Below are positions 1 through 8,265 of a stretch of 20,537 nucleotides of DNA, in pieces. The stretch's first letter is position 1. Every line of letters begins with the position of its first letter. Under the pieces are notes generated by a model. It ran no database searches, was not told the origin of the DNA, and was given only the letters and a program-made list of their open reading frames with translations. The stretch is from a virus. The translations under genes and the position numbers were made by a program. The stretch lies in IMG/VR virus record IMGVR_UViG_3300014202_001519; one strand, written 5' to 3'.

Positions 1-43
1 ACAAGAATCGGTACTCTTTGAAGAAGCCTTTTACATCGCTCAT
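1..43 (-). CDS. Probable NADAR family protein, N-terminal fragment (runs off window)
   Basis: ATG at 43 overlaps the upstream stop (ATGA); reads MSDVKGFFKEYRFL, resembling the F-x-x-EY-x-FLSNF N-terminus of NADAR proteins. Only 14 codons are visible. Confidence 0.5.
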   Translation of the reverse strand, partial: MSDVKGFFKEYRFL

Positions 44-249
44 GGTAGTTTTTCCTTTATATCAGTACATTTGACACAGGTAAATTTACTATCTTCTTCC
101 ACATAGTTATTCGCTAACGCTTTGCACTTCATTCGCATCAAGTCATCACGTCGCATCCGTTTTTGTAACCGCCCCATATTATCTAGGTAATCAAGTAATC
201 CCCAGGCGGCAAGGCAGATCATTGTAAACCCAAAAGTTAACTCTAGCAT
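40..249 (-). CDS. Small membrane-anchored hypothetical protein
   Basis: 69 aa, hydrophobic N-terminus, C-terminal CxxC; directly downstream of a sigma70-like promoter. Confidence 0.65.
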   Translation of the reverse strand: MLELTFGFTMICLAAWGLLDYLDNMGRLQKRMRRDDLMRMKCKALANNYVEEDSKFTCVKCTDIKEKLP

Positions 250-255
250 TCATAC

Positions 256-283
256 ATCATAACATAAAAATTTCAGTTGTCCA
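256..283 (-). promoter_or_regulatory. sigma70-like promoter, probably leaderless transcript
   Basis: Minus strand TGGACA-16 nt-TATGAT with extended -10 TG; ATG (249) is 6 nt after the -10 box. Confidence 0.5.
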
Positions 284-332
284 ACATAAATAGATTAGGC
301 GAAAGATTCGCAAACACAAGAAAAGGATTTCT

Positions 333-1475
333 ATGACTACCCTTGTTGGTGATTATGTATTCACAAAAGCTGATTGGTTCACTGTAACAGAACCAGGCCA
401 AGGTGTTGATAATCTAGGCCGATGGAAACTTGCACACGCTGGCAATCCTATCGGTACACGAAGCTATAATTTCCAACTAACCAGCCCATCAACGTTCGTC
501 CCATCAGGTGACGACGCCTATCAAATAAACGCAAACAGCATCGGTGTTACTGGTGGCTCTGCTGTTACTGGTGGTTACGACTTCTTGACTCAAGGCAACT
601 ATGTAAGTCCAGTATACCAAGTAAATGATATTAACGGCATCCCTATCCCTAACGGCAGATTGTACTACGCAGGAGATGCTCCAAATTTCACCTCCCCAGC
701 GAATACTCCACCTACAAGATCACCAGCAATCGTTAGAGATTGGGCCGAAGTCACTAGCACCGCCGACCTGGATACATTAATACCATTAGTCGATGGGAAC
801 TCCTATACGCTAAACGTACAAAACGTAAGTGCAAGTTCTTTTGGTATAACAAGATACGCAATGGGGACCGCTGCCGCTGACAATAACACAACTGTAACCA
901 CACCTGTATTCGGCGGGGTCACTAATGATGTTATTATGATAAATGTAGGTTATATTCAGAGTAATACAACCGCAGCACCTACTGTAACTTGGAACGGCAA
1001 TACTGTGACAGCAGGAGCGGCAAGATCGAGAGGATTGGGCGGTACTGTTACTTTAATCGGACGTAATTATCCTTATATTGTTTCAACTGGTGGTACATCT
1101 GGAGTTACCGTTTCTTGGGGTTCCTTAGTAACGTCTTACGGCATCACGGTGGTAGTAATAAGTGGTTTACCGTCCGTGCTTGAGAGTGGCATTAATGCTG
1201 ACGGTAGCACTACCAATATGATTTCAACCTTCCCAAATGTTGCTTTCCCGCCTCAGTACCTGCACGCTTTCTGTGCTGTAGCAAAAACTTATTCAGAAAG
1301 TCATGGTACATTCACTGGTGATGCCACCAATGAAGGTCAGTCTGATGGCACAACAAACATTTGGGTAGCTGAGCAATACGGCTTTTCTAACTCAAGTCCT
1401 GCATCTTGGACATATAGAAGAAATGGCGTACCAACACCTACTAATTGGGTGTATCTGCCTCTAACTTGGGAGTAA
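333..1475 (+). CDS. Putative virion structural/surface protein (Thr/Gly/Ser/Asn-rich, beta-rich)
   Basis: 380 aa, low charge, beta-type composition; AAGGA SD upstream; CATAAATA at 285-292 resembles a T4-type late promoter. Confidence 0.55.
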   Translation: MTTLVGDYVFTKADWFTVTEPGQGVDNLGRWKLAHAGNPIGTRSYNFQLTSPSTFVPSGDDAYQINANSIGVTGGSAVTGGYDFLTQGNYVSPVYQVNDINGIPIPNGRLYYAGDAPNFTSPANTPPTRSPAIVRDWAEVTSTADLDTLIPLVDGNSYTLNVQNVSASSFGITRYAMGTAAADNNTTVTTPVFGGVTNDVIMINVGYIQSNTTAAPTVTWNGNTVTAGAARSRGLGGTVTLIGRNYPYIVSTGGTSGVTVSWGSLVTSYGITVVVISGLPSVLESGINADGSTTNMISTFPNVAFPPQYLHAFCAVAKTYSESHGTFTGDATNEGQSDGTTNIWVAEQYGFSNSSPASWTYRRNGVPTPTNWVYLPLTWE

Positions 1476-2237
1476 ACCTTCTTCTGGCGGTGCATCCCCA
1501 TCGAAATTAGAAGCAACAGTCTTATCAACTTCCCCGCAGACCGTGCATGTTCTTATGGATACATAAGTCTTACGGAACATCCATGCGGGAGCCTTATTAA
1601 GTTCCAAATCAAGAGCCTTGTTAGGATCAATCTTCTTAGAACTGCTGTAATTATCCCTACGAACCTTAATGCTTTCTAGCATTTGTTCGTAGGCGGAATC
1701 AATTAAGACACGCTTCTCAACATCCCACTTGTGTTTACATTGTTCCTTAGTCCAAGCAGGAGCAGGCACAGGACTGGTAACTTCAGTAGTTTTATCTAAT
1801 GCTCCACAGTTTTTACATGTCTGAATTAGGATGAATTTTTTCTCATGTGGCATTTCCAAGTTCTGGTACTGCACACAACTCCAGTCATGCTTGCAAGGCG
1901 GGGGCGGTAACGGTTTAGGCAATGGTGCGGGTGGTGGCAACGCACTGGTTGTTTGCACGGTTTTGTCCACCATGCCACAGTTACGACACTCAAGGACTAA
2001 AATTTGTTTCTTTTCGTGGGGCATCTCCAAAACGCGATCCACAATAGGAGTCCAGCTATGGGTGCAAGTGGCCGCACTTAAAGACAAAGGGGTTAAAGTG
2101 GTTACATCTTTATTTGGGTCAAACTCTTTCAAAGCACCCAAATACTTAGTTTTATTGTTCTTGATAAGAACAAGTATTAGGGTGGTTAGCATAACTAAAT
2201 GTAAGCCACCACCAGCAATAAGAATAAATTCAATCAT
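1461..2237 (-). CDS. Membrane-anchored protein with three tandem CxH...CxxCG zinc-ribbon repeats
   Basis: N-terminal TM segment; repeats CTHSW..CRNCGMVDKT, CKHDW..CKNCGALDKT, CKHKW..CTVCGEVDKT separated by Pro-rich linkers. Confidence 0.75.
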   Translation of the reverse strand: MIEFILIAGGGLHLVMLTTLILVLIKNNKTKYLGALKEFDPNKDVTTLTPLSLSAATCTHSWTPIVDRVLEMPHEKKQILVLECRNCGMVDKTVQTTSALPPPAPLPKPLPPPPCKHDWSCVQYQNLEMPHEKKFILIQTCKNCGALDKTTEVTSPVPAPAWTKEQCKHKWDVEKRVLIDSAYEQMLESIKVRRDNYSSSKKIDPNKALDLELNKAPAWMFRKTYVSIRTCTVCGEVDKTVASNFDGDAPPEEGLLPS

Positions 2238-2670
2238 AATTCCTCAGCTTCCATATTTCTTTATTCTTTTGGTCCAACATCGCTGACGCTTTAGACAGTT
2301 CGTTCCTATGTCTAATTAACTGCTTGTGTTGTTCTTCTAAAAGTATTTGTTGTTCATCCAATTTCTTTTGCTGTTCTTCCATCTTCATACCAAATAAATC
2401 AGCTAGATTCTGTGTTAAGTTCTTTCTCTGGTCTTTATTGTTTTTCTCATGTTCCTCTAGTTCTAGCTGTTGTTGGAGTATTTTTGCGGCGAAGGCTTCG
2501 AACAACTCCTGGTTTTTAAGGTTGTGATACACCTGCTGAAAGCCACATACAGAGGTTAAAAAACACCCAACGGAAACGAAATAGTCGCCTTTTAGAGCTA
2601 GGTATAGCCCAAAAATAAGCGGAAAGAATCCTGTCATGATAAACGACAGACCGATAAATAACCGTTCCAT
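2230..2670 (-). CDS. Two-TM plus coiled-coil hypothetical protein
   Basis: Two hydrophobic segments then a Q/E/K-rich heptad region; overlaps the next gene start. Confidence 0.75.
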   Translation of the reverse strand: MERLFIGLSFIMTGFFPLIFGLYLALKGDYFVSVGCFLTSVCGFQQVYHNLKNQELFEAFAAKILQQQLELEEHEKNNKDQRKNLTQNLADLFGMKMEEQQKKLDEQQILLEEQHKQLIRHRNELSKASAMLDQKNKEIWKLRNYD

Positions 2671-2674
2671 GAGG

Positions 2675-3316
2675 TTACAACATCCCTACATATGAATACT
2701 GGTTCTTTATCTTGTTTATTTCTGTAGGTTGCAGGAAGTTATGAATCCCATGATACCCCAGCGTCCCCAAATGGAAATGGGCCTCACAACAGAACTTTCT
2801 TGCTACTTCGATTGGGGCAATGCTGCCGCCCACTCTTTTTATATTCCTATGGAAATACATGTCTTCCGAGTCACCAGCATAGCGACATTTCTCTACAACC
2901 GCAATCATTTTGCTCCTAGATCGTAGAGATAGCCCGCCATTATATCCTTGCCACCAGGAAGGACCGCCAACCCAATCCCACCTAAGAAAGCTTTCAATGC
3001 CAGCTTTCAACAACATGCTATCATGCTGGAAAATCAGTATTTTTTCATGTGGTATTTGTAGCCAAAATGCCTTAGTGCATAATAAGGAACTATACGAATC
3101 TCTGCTAAGGTTCCTTCTAATATTTATCTTTTGGCCTGGAATATTTTTAACTAAGTGATAGTTGGCGTCACTATGAAAAATAAATAAGCTCCACCCACGC
3201 AACCATTTCATGTGACCATCAATAATATCCTTTAAATTTGATATTGTTCGCGTTTCCACGATTACGGCGGCATGTGTTCTTTTGCTTGGAGTGGTAAACT
3301 TATTTATTTTAAGCAT
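2675..3316 (-). CDS. DUF5672-like (glycosyltransferase-like) protein
   Basis: Motifs ILIFQHDSML, WDWVGGP, NGGLSLRS, EDMYF. Confidence 0.7.
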   Translation of the reverse strand: MLKINKFTTPSKRTHAAVIVETRTISNLKDIIDGHMKWLRGWSLFIFHSDANYHLVKNIPGQKINIRRNLSRDSYSSLLCTKAFWLQIPHEKILIFQHDSMLLKAGIESFLRWDWVGGPSWWQGYNGGLSLRSRSKMIAVVEKCRYAGDSEDMYFHRNIKRVGGSIAPIEVARKFCCEAHFHLGTLGYHGIHNFLQPTEINKIKNQYSYVGML

Positions 3317-3321
3317 ACCGC

Positions 3322-4098
3322 TTATATAGCGGTCAACACCTCATAACCTGATTTGGTTACTAGGATGGTATGCTCGTATTGGGCGGATAATTGATTGTCG
3401 GCAGTACGGACAGTCCAGTAGTCAGTTTCATCAATAAGAACCTCTGGAGTACCAAGGTTAATCATAGGCTCAATCGTAAAGATCATCCCCTCAAACATGA
3501 TAGTACCTTCGTTCTTTTTGGCAACATGACAAATTTGCGGGGGTTCATGAAATTTTACACCTACACCGTGGCCGCAATAAGCTTCAACCACTGTGCAGCC
3601 TTGCAAAATTGCGTAGCTGTGAATTGCATACCCAATCTCGCCTGTCAAAGCTCCAGGTCTTACTTGTTTGATACCTAAATCCAAGCACTTTTTTGTGACA
3701 TTCAACAAGTGTTGTGCGTTTTCTGATATTTTACCAACGGGGAAAGTCGAGGCTGTATCGCCGTAATAGCCGTTTAAAATGGTGGTTACGTCGATACTAA
3801 CCACGTCCCCTTCTTTCAGAGTTGTTTTATCAGGTATTCCGTGGCATACTACCTCGTTCAACGAGATACAACTGCTTTTTGGGAAAGGAGGCTGTTTGGG
3901 GTTATTAAATCCTTTGTATCCCAATGGTGCTGGAATCGCTCCATTGTCTCTGATAAACTTCTCTATTAAACGGTCAAGTTCAACCGTTTCTACCCCAACC
4001 TGAACATGGGGTTTAATGTACTCCAAAGTCGCAGCAGCCAACTTAGAACTGGCTCTAATTCCCGAAATTTGTCTTTCAGTTTTGATAATTATATTCAT
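3322..4098 (-). CDS. map: Methionine aminopeptidase type I
   Basis: SLNEVVCHGIP, IDVT..GYYGDTA, GHGVG..FHEPP, TIEPMIN, SAQYEHT: full M24A metal ligand set. Confidence 0.97.
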   Translation of the reverse strand: MNIIIKTERQISGIRASSKLAAATLEYIKPHVQVGVETVELDRLIEKFIRDNGAIPAPLGYKGFNNPKQPPFPKSSCISLNEVVCHGIPDKTTLKEGDVVSIDVTTILNGYYGDTASTFPVGKISENAQHLLNVTKKCLDLGIKQVRPGALTGEIGYAIHSYAILQGCTVVEAYCGHGVGVKFHEPPQICHVAKKNEGTIMFEGMIFTIEPMINLGTPEVLIDETDYWTVRTADNQLSAQYEHTILVTKSGYEVLTAI

Positions 4099-4156
4099 AA
4101 CACTCCCAATTTTTGAAAAACCAGTTGCACAAAACTATCTGTAGAGTTTACTATAT

Positions 4157-4669
4157 ATGGCAAAGGAGAACCTTATGCCGACTGTGCAAGAAGACGTATC
4201 TCGCATTGTAACCGTTGCCCAAACATTTATTCCACAAGAAAAACTTACAGAATTACTTATTAAACTAGATGAAGAAATTGGTAAAAAAAGTGAAAACGAA
4301 ATCACGAAAGAATTTTTATCAAAACTACGCGGCATAGTAGACAAACCATTGCCACCGCCGCCAATGTGGTTGTGGACAGCATTTTATTCCTTAGTCGTTT
4401 TGCACATTATACTTGTGCTAATGGTAATCATATCCTTTTTCGTACTGCCGTTTCTATCACCGTGGTACATTGCTGTGCCATGTATGACATTTATATGGTT
4501 CTTTTCTACTACAAAAGTAGACTGCCAACTCACCAACCTTGAGAATGTAATGAGAAAGAAGTTGGGATTAAAGAGAATTGGTGGGTTTGTAGGACACTAC
4601 TTCTTAAAACCTGTTAAGATTCTATATTACAAGAAGTTTACCAAAGTCCGTCGTCCAGTGCAGCAATAA
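4157..4669 (+). CDS. Membrane protein, DUF2784-like C-terminal domain
   Basis: Two TM helices with His, then CQLTNLEN..R..LG....GGFVGHY. Confidence 0.6.
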   Translation: MAKENLMPTVQEDVSRIVTVAQTFIPQEKLTELLIKLDEEIGKKSENEITKEFLSKLRGIVDKPLPPPPMWLWTAFYSLVVLHIILVLMVIISFFVLPFLSPWYIAVPCMTFIWFFSTTKVDCQLTNLENVMRKKLGLKRIGGFVGHYFLKPVKILYYKKFTKVRRPVQQ

Positions 4670-4907
4670 ACTCACTCTTAACGCCTTGGGCTTCATCCTC
4701 AAGCATTGATACGGCCATAGCAATCCACTTGTCCTTGGATGTGCGAAGCTCTTTTAGCTCGGTATCGGTTGGTGGATTTTCAGCTATGTCCTTTTCGAGG
4801 AACGCAAAAATAACTTTTGCATCTAATTTTACAATAGGAGCAAACTTTTCACTAAGCTCAGTGATAAAGTCTCTCATTAGTTTCTGATCGGTCCAAAGAT
4901 TCTTCAT
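4638..4907 (-). CDS. Hypothetical protein
   Basis: 89 aa; ATG 3 nt after the tRNA-Gly discriminator. Confidence 0.7.
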   Translation of the reverse strand: MKNLWTDQKLMRDFITELSEKFAPIVKLDAKVIFAFLEKDIAENPPTDTELKELRTSKDKWIAMAVSMLEDEAQGVKSEFIAALDDGLW

Positions 4908-4910
4908 AAG

Positions 4911-4982
4911 AGCGGCTGATGGGAGTCGAACCCACTGAATCCTGCTTGGAAGGCAGGTGCAAAACCGTTATGCGCCAGCCGC
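4911..4982 (-). tRNA. tRNA-Gly(TCC)
   Basis: Acceptor GCGGCTG/CAGCCGC, anticodon arm CCTGC-CT TCC AA-GCAGG, T loop TTCGACT, U73; no CCA. Confidence 0.93.
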
Positions 4983-5007
4983 ATACATTATATATAGTAA
5001 CTAAATA

Positions 5008-5041
5008 ATAAAAGCCACGATTTTTAGATCGTGGCTTTTAT
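5008..5041. terminator. Intrinsic terminator (likely bidirectional)
   Basis: ATAAAAGCCACGAT-TTTTAG-ATCGTGGCTTTTAT 14-bp inverted repeat with U-tracts on both strands; just downstream of 5059..5451. Confidence 0.75.
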
Positions 5042-5058
5042 GCGAGTCAACCTGACCA

Positions 5059-5451
5059 TTAGAAATACTTGTCCTTGTTGTAGGCGAGTGCCTTTTCTTT
5101 CAATGTCCGCTTCTTCCCGTTGTGACCGTGAGACGGATGGCATGGATCGGAACAAATGTCGATCTTGCCGCCCGTTAACTGAAGATAGAACTCAGCGGCT
5201 TCTTCGGGATTGTCGAAGATTTCCACCAACTCTTCTTCTTCTCTGAGCGTCTTCCGTTGCTGTTCATCGAGATTCAGGCAGGTAACGGTGTCTTTGCAGA
5301 GAATATAATCCACAAAGAAGAAACCGTCGTGGGTGGGATAGCAGGATAGATCACACTGCATCCCGATTTGCTGATTCCGCTTCAGCAACGTTACAATGGC
5401 AGTTTTCAGGTCTTCAACTTGGGCAACTTCTTCCACCAGAGCAGTCGTCAT
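5059..5451 (-). CDS. Hypothetical protein
   Basis: 130 aa, AAGGAG SD, followed by terminator. Confidence 0.8.
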   Translation of the reverse strand: MTTALVEEVAQVEDLKTAIVTLLKRNQQIGMQCDLSCYPTHDGFFFVDYILCKDTVTCLNLDEQQRKTLREEEELVEIFDNPEEAAEFYLQLTGGKIDICSDPCHPSHGHNGKKRTLKEKALAYNKDKYF

Positions 5452-5601
5452 CCTGAGACTCCTTTACGATATTGTAGTAACCTCGTCCTGGCAACATTGC
5501 CCCTGACAAGTTTCCCACAACTTCGCACCATTTAACAGAAACCAACGAATTGATATAATTCCACGGGCGTAGAGTTATATCAAACCGTTCCAACCTCTGA
5601 G

Positions 5602-5672
5602 AGCCGCCACTGCGAATCGAACGCAGGTCTTATCCGTACCAAGGATACGTTATGCCACTATACTATGGCGGC
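5602..5672 (-). tRNA. tRNA-Thr(GGT)
   Basis: GCCGCCA/TGGCGGC acceptor, TATCC-TT GGT AC-GGATA, TTCGATT T loop. Confidence 0.92.
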
Positions 5673-5969
5673 TTACTTAAACTCTATGCTATCTACCCAT
5701 TCCTTGAAAACTTTTATGTCCTCTTCCGCAAGTTTATCATCAGAATAACGCATGAACTTCATAATTTCGTTCAAAAGAGGCATCATCAACGTCTGCAAGG
5801 GCTTATCAGGCTGAGCAATGAATTTGCCCCGATACCCAACCGACATTACCGACTTGCCCTTTTCATTGCACTGGCCTATCTCGCGGAGAGCAATATAAAG
5901 CTTATTCGTCTTCAAAATCTCGCCATCACGAAATTCTGTGACCACAGGAACTTTCTTTGCTTTCGCCAT
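5673..5969 (-). CDS. Hypothetical protein
   Basis: Start re-assigned to MAKAKK (GAGGGG SD); stop TAA abuts tRNA-Thr +1. Confidence 0.7.
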   Translation of the reverse strand: MAKAKKVPVVTEFRDGEILKTNKLYIALREIGQCNEKGKSVMSVGYRGKFIAQPDKPLQTLMMPLLNEIMKFMRYSDDKLAEEDIKVFKEWVDSIEFK

Positions 5970-5976
5970 GATCCCC

Positions 5977-6216
5977 TCATAGATCAAACAATTCAATATC
6001 TTGCCCGTTTGCACGAATCTTGTCAAGATATTCAGGAAATATTTCTTCCCTGGCTTTTTTCTCAATTACCGCCATCAATGTACCACCTTCATCAAAAGGC
6101 GGTTGCAAGCCAGTCCGAGTATACCAATCCACACTGGTATGCCAGTAACGAATTTGGTTATACGTTATCTGACAATACTCTTTTAATCCAGGCCACGCAA
6201 GAGTAATCATAGACAT
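5977..6216 (-). CDS. Hypothetical protein
   Basis: ~79 aa, starts just after tRNA-Thr(CGT). Confidence 0.65.
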   Translation of the reverse strand: MSMITLAWPGLKEYCQITYNQIRYWHTSVDWYTRTGLQPPFDEGGTLMAVIEKKAREEIFPEYLDKIRANGQDIELFDL

Positions 6217-6223
6217 TTCCAAG

Positions 6224-6294
6224 AGCCGCTAGAAGGAATCGAACCCTCATTTTCTGATTACGAAACAGACGTAATACCATTATACGATAGCGGC
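6224..6294 (-). tRNA. tRNA-Thr(CGT)
   Basis: GCCGCTA/TAGCGGC acceptor, TCTGT-TT CGT AA-TCAGA (one U-U), TTCGATT. Confidence 0.9.
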
Positions 6295-6705
6295 AGGATT
6301 CCAGACAATCTTGTGACCTTTTATCCCAAGTATTGTCTCCACATAATGTAAGCCATTGCATGGCTTGCATAGCATATTGTATTTAGTCAAATCTACTTTT
6401 TCATTGATAATATCTCTGTATAATTGCGCTCGATTTTTTGTTCTAAGTTCTTTGCGACCACCACCTTCAACATGATTAAGTTCAAGTATGTTTTCAACAT
6501 CACACCCGCAATTAGCACAACAGAACCCGCCAATTTTTGCTACTGCTGCCTTTCTGATACGACTCCAGTAGTCTTTACGATGTTCGTTATACTTCTTACC
6601 ATTCTCTTTACATGCAGCACGATAACGCTGCATGTATTCCCGTTGATATTTACGCTTGTATTCTTTTCTCTTTTTTGGATCGTTATATCTTGATGAATCT
6701 TTCAT
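6280..6705 (-). CDS. HNH endonuclease (free-standing, homing-type)
   Basis: Basic N-terminal helix; CANCGC..ILELNHVEGGG...YNMLCKPCNGLH zinc/HNH motif; last 15 nt lie inside tRNA-Thr(CGT). Confidence 0.82.
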   Translation of the reverse strand: MKDSSRYNDPKKRKEYKRKYQREYMQRYRAACKENGKKYNEHRKDYWSRIRKAAVAKIGGFCCANCGCDVENILELNHVEGGGRKELRTKNRAQLYRDIINEKVDLTKYNMLCKPCNGLHYVETILGIKGHKIVWNPAAIV

Positions 6706-6737
6706 GGTCTAATTGAGTGTTAGACCATGAAAGATTC
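6695..6737. promoter_or_regulatory. Perfect 18-bp hairpin sequestering the HNH start codon
   Basis: GAATCTTTCATGGTCTAA-TTGAGTG-TTAGACCATGAAAGATTC; ATG 6705-6703 is in the stem. Confidence 0.8.
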
Positions 6738-6743
6738 TCTAAA

Positions 6744-7088
6744 TCATTGCTTGAGCATATCTTCGGGAGTCATCATCATCCCAAAGAACACCACATCCCC
6801 AAGTGCAAGATGATACTCGCGCTCTGGAGAGCGAGTAAATTCATGCACAAACACCATCAACTCTTCCCGCTGCGATCCATTGCTTTCAATCGCACCCCTA
6901 CACTTCACAATTTCAGGATCATCCTGGGTGCGATTCATGTCCTTAATCAACAAAGACATTTTGGTGCGGGCTTCCTTTTCAGCAGCGTAGTAGTTCGCCA
7001 AACACTTCTTGGCAAAGGGGAGCAAGTCCTTGCCTGTATAGGTATACTTCCAGCCGCTACGATTCACGTTCCTAAATTCGTGGTACAT
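6744..7088 (-). CDS. Hypothetical protein
   Basis: 114 aa, GGGAG SD. Confidence 0.75.
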   Translation of the reverse strand: MYHEFRNVNRSGWKYTYTGKDLLPFAKKCLANYYAAEKEARTKMSLLIKDMNRTQDDPEIVKCRGAIESNGSQREELMVFVHEFTRSPEREYHLALGDVVFFGMMMTPEDMLKQ

Positions 7089-7237
7089 TTGTCACTCCCT
7101 TCAGGTTTCTTCTCTGATTCTTTCAATAGTCGCGCTGCTAACTTTTCCAGTCTTTCAAAAGAACGAATTACAGTGGCCTTTGCCATCTCAGCTTCTGAGA
7201 GAATTTCCTTCACCAATTCTTGTTCAAATTCAGTCAT
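7064..7237 (-). CDS. Small hypothetical protein
   Basis: Start re-assigned to MTEFEQ after AGGGAG SD; 57 aa helical. Confidence 0.6.
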   Translation of the reverse strand: MTEFEQELVKEILSEAEMAKATVIRSFERLEKLAARLLKESEKKPEGSDKCTTNLGT

Positions 7238-7373
7238 TAGACAGTATCTCCCTGCTTTGCGAACAAGAGAAAGGGAGGAAAAGAACAAATCCCTTTGTCT
7301 TTTAGATCAAGGAAAGCCCAAAATCCCTGTTGGGTGGCGTCTTTCCTGCAAGTGGGCAACGATGTGCCTACTT

Positions 7374-7402
7374 AAGCATACTGTAAATTGCTGAGTTGTC
7401 AA
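7374..7402 (-). promoter_or_regulatory. sigma70-like promoter
   Basis: Minus strand TTGACA-actcagcaatttacag(16)-TATGCT just downstream of tRNA-Thr(TGT). Confidence 0.6.
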
Positions 7403-7415
7403 AAGGAATTTCAAA

Positions 7416-7487
7416 AGCCGCCCGTGGGAGTCGAACCCACAACCTCAAGTTTACAAAACTTGTACACTGCCATTGTGTTAGAGCGGC
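7416..7487 (-). tRNA. tRNA-Thr(TGT)
   Basis: GCCGCTC/GGGCGGC acceptor, CAAGT-TT TGT AA-ACTTG, TTCGACT. Confidence 0.93.
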
Positions 7488-7493
7488 ACGCCG

Positions 7494-7628
7494 TTAATCG
7501 GCCTTTCGCTTACGCTTCAATTCTCTTCGCTTGCGCACCCATGCTAGACCATCAATCTTTGGTCTAGGTTCTAGTCGTGCCTTTTTTCTTTCTTCCCTTG
7601 ACAACCAAGCGTATCCAATCTTACCCAT
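7494..7628 (-). CDS. Small highly basic protein (44 aa; not in ORF track)
   Basis: GGAG SD; MGKIGYAWLSREERKKARLEPRPKIDGLAWVRKRRELKRKRKAD fills the gap. Confidence 0.6.
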   Translation of the reverse strand: MGKIGYAWLSREERKKARLEPRPKIDGLAWVRKRRELKRKRKAD

Positions 7629-7639
7629 ATGTATTACTC

Positions 7640-7843
7640 CTAATCATACATTTTATCATAATAGGCTTCTGCACTAATTAGCTCTACCTGATCCACGTCA
7701 GGTAGAAACACATTCAGCAAATCACCATCGTTTACAGCGTGACGCGCAACATTCATTGCCAAAATGTTGATTGGCGACTTATAATATACATCGTATTCAG
7801 CATCCTTCGAAGGATTTACACGCAGTCGCCAGTATTGCATCAC
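7640..7843 (-). CDS. Hypothetical protein
   Basis: 67 aa, coupled to upstream gene. Confidence 0.65.
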   Translation of the reverse strand: MMQYWRLRVNPSKDAEYDVYYKSPINILAMNVARHAVNDGDLLNVFLPDVDQVELISAEAYYDKMYD

Positions 7844-8265
7844 TTTGCCCTACAAATTATGACGAAATCACATCCAAATGTCGCTTTCAGTTTTTCATCA
7901 TAATCAATCTTTATCTTATCGCACATCTCAAAAAAGCTATGTTTGTAATATTCACACAGGAATAACTGTCCGTTATGCCAAACCATTACACCAGTCTCAT
8001 ATACAGAGAAAAATCTCTTAATAGCATTCCAAAACCCAGGTTTTTTGTCACGCTCAAACTGAAGCTTTAGGGACGTAACATGGCTGTTTTCGTTCGTACA
8101 GACTTTGATCCTATGAACCTTATTTAGCGTCTCAATCATCAACGGCAAATAAGGCGTCAAAAGAAAGTCATTGATTATGTTAAAGGCTTCAGTACGTTGC
8201 CAACGCTTATTTGGATATTCAAGAAGACGTTTAGCTAGTGCGTCTGATCTATTAGAAATAGTCAT
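7840..8265 (-). CDS. Hypothetical protein
   Basis: Start likely MTISNRS; tightly packed operon. Confidence 0.65.
   Translation of the reverse strand: MTISNRSDALAKRLLEYPNKRWQRTEAFNIINDFLLTPYLPLMIETLNKVHRIKVCTNENSHVTSLKLQFERDKKPGFWNAIKRFFSVYETGVMVWHNGQLFLCEYYKHSFFEMCDKIKIDYDEKLKATFGCDFVIICRAK

Noticed and set aside
5652-7394. Long plus-strand ORFs 5652..6206 and 6717..7394 (and other plus-strand ORFs such as 1831..2286)
   Set aside because: Antisense shadows of well-packed minus-strand genes and tRNAs; no SD or recognisable motifs.
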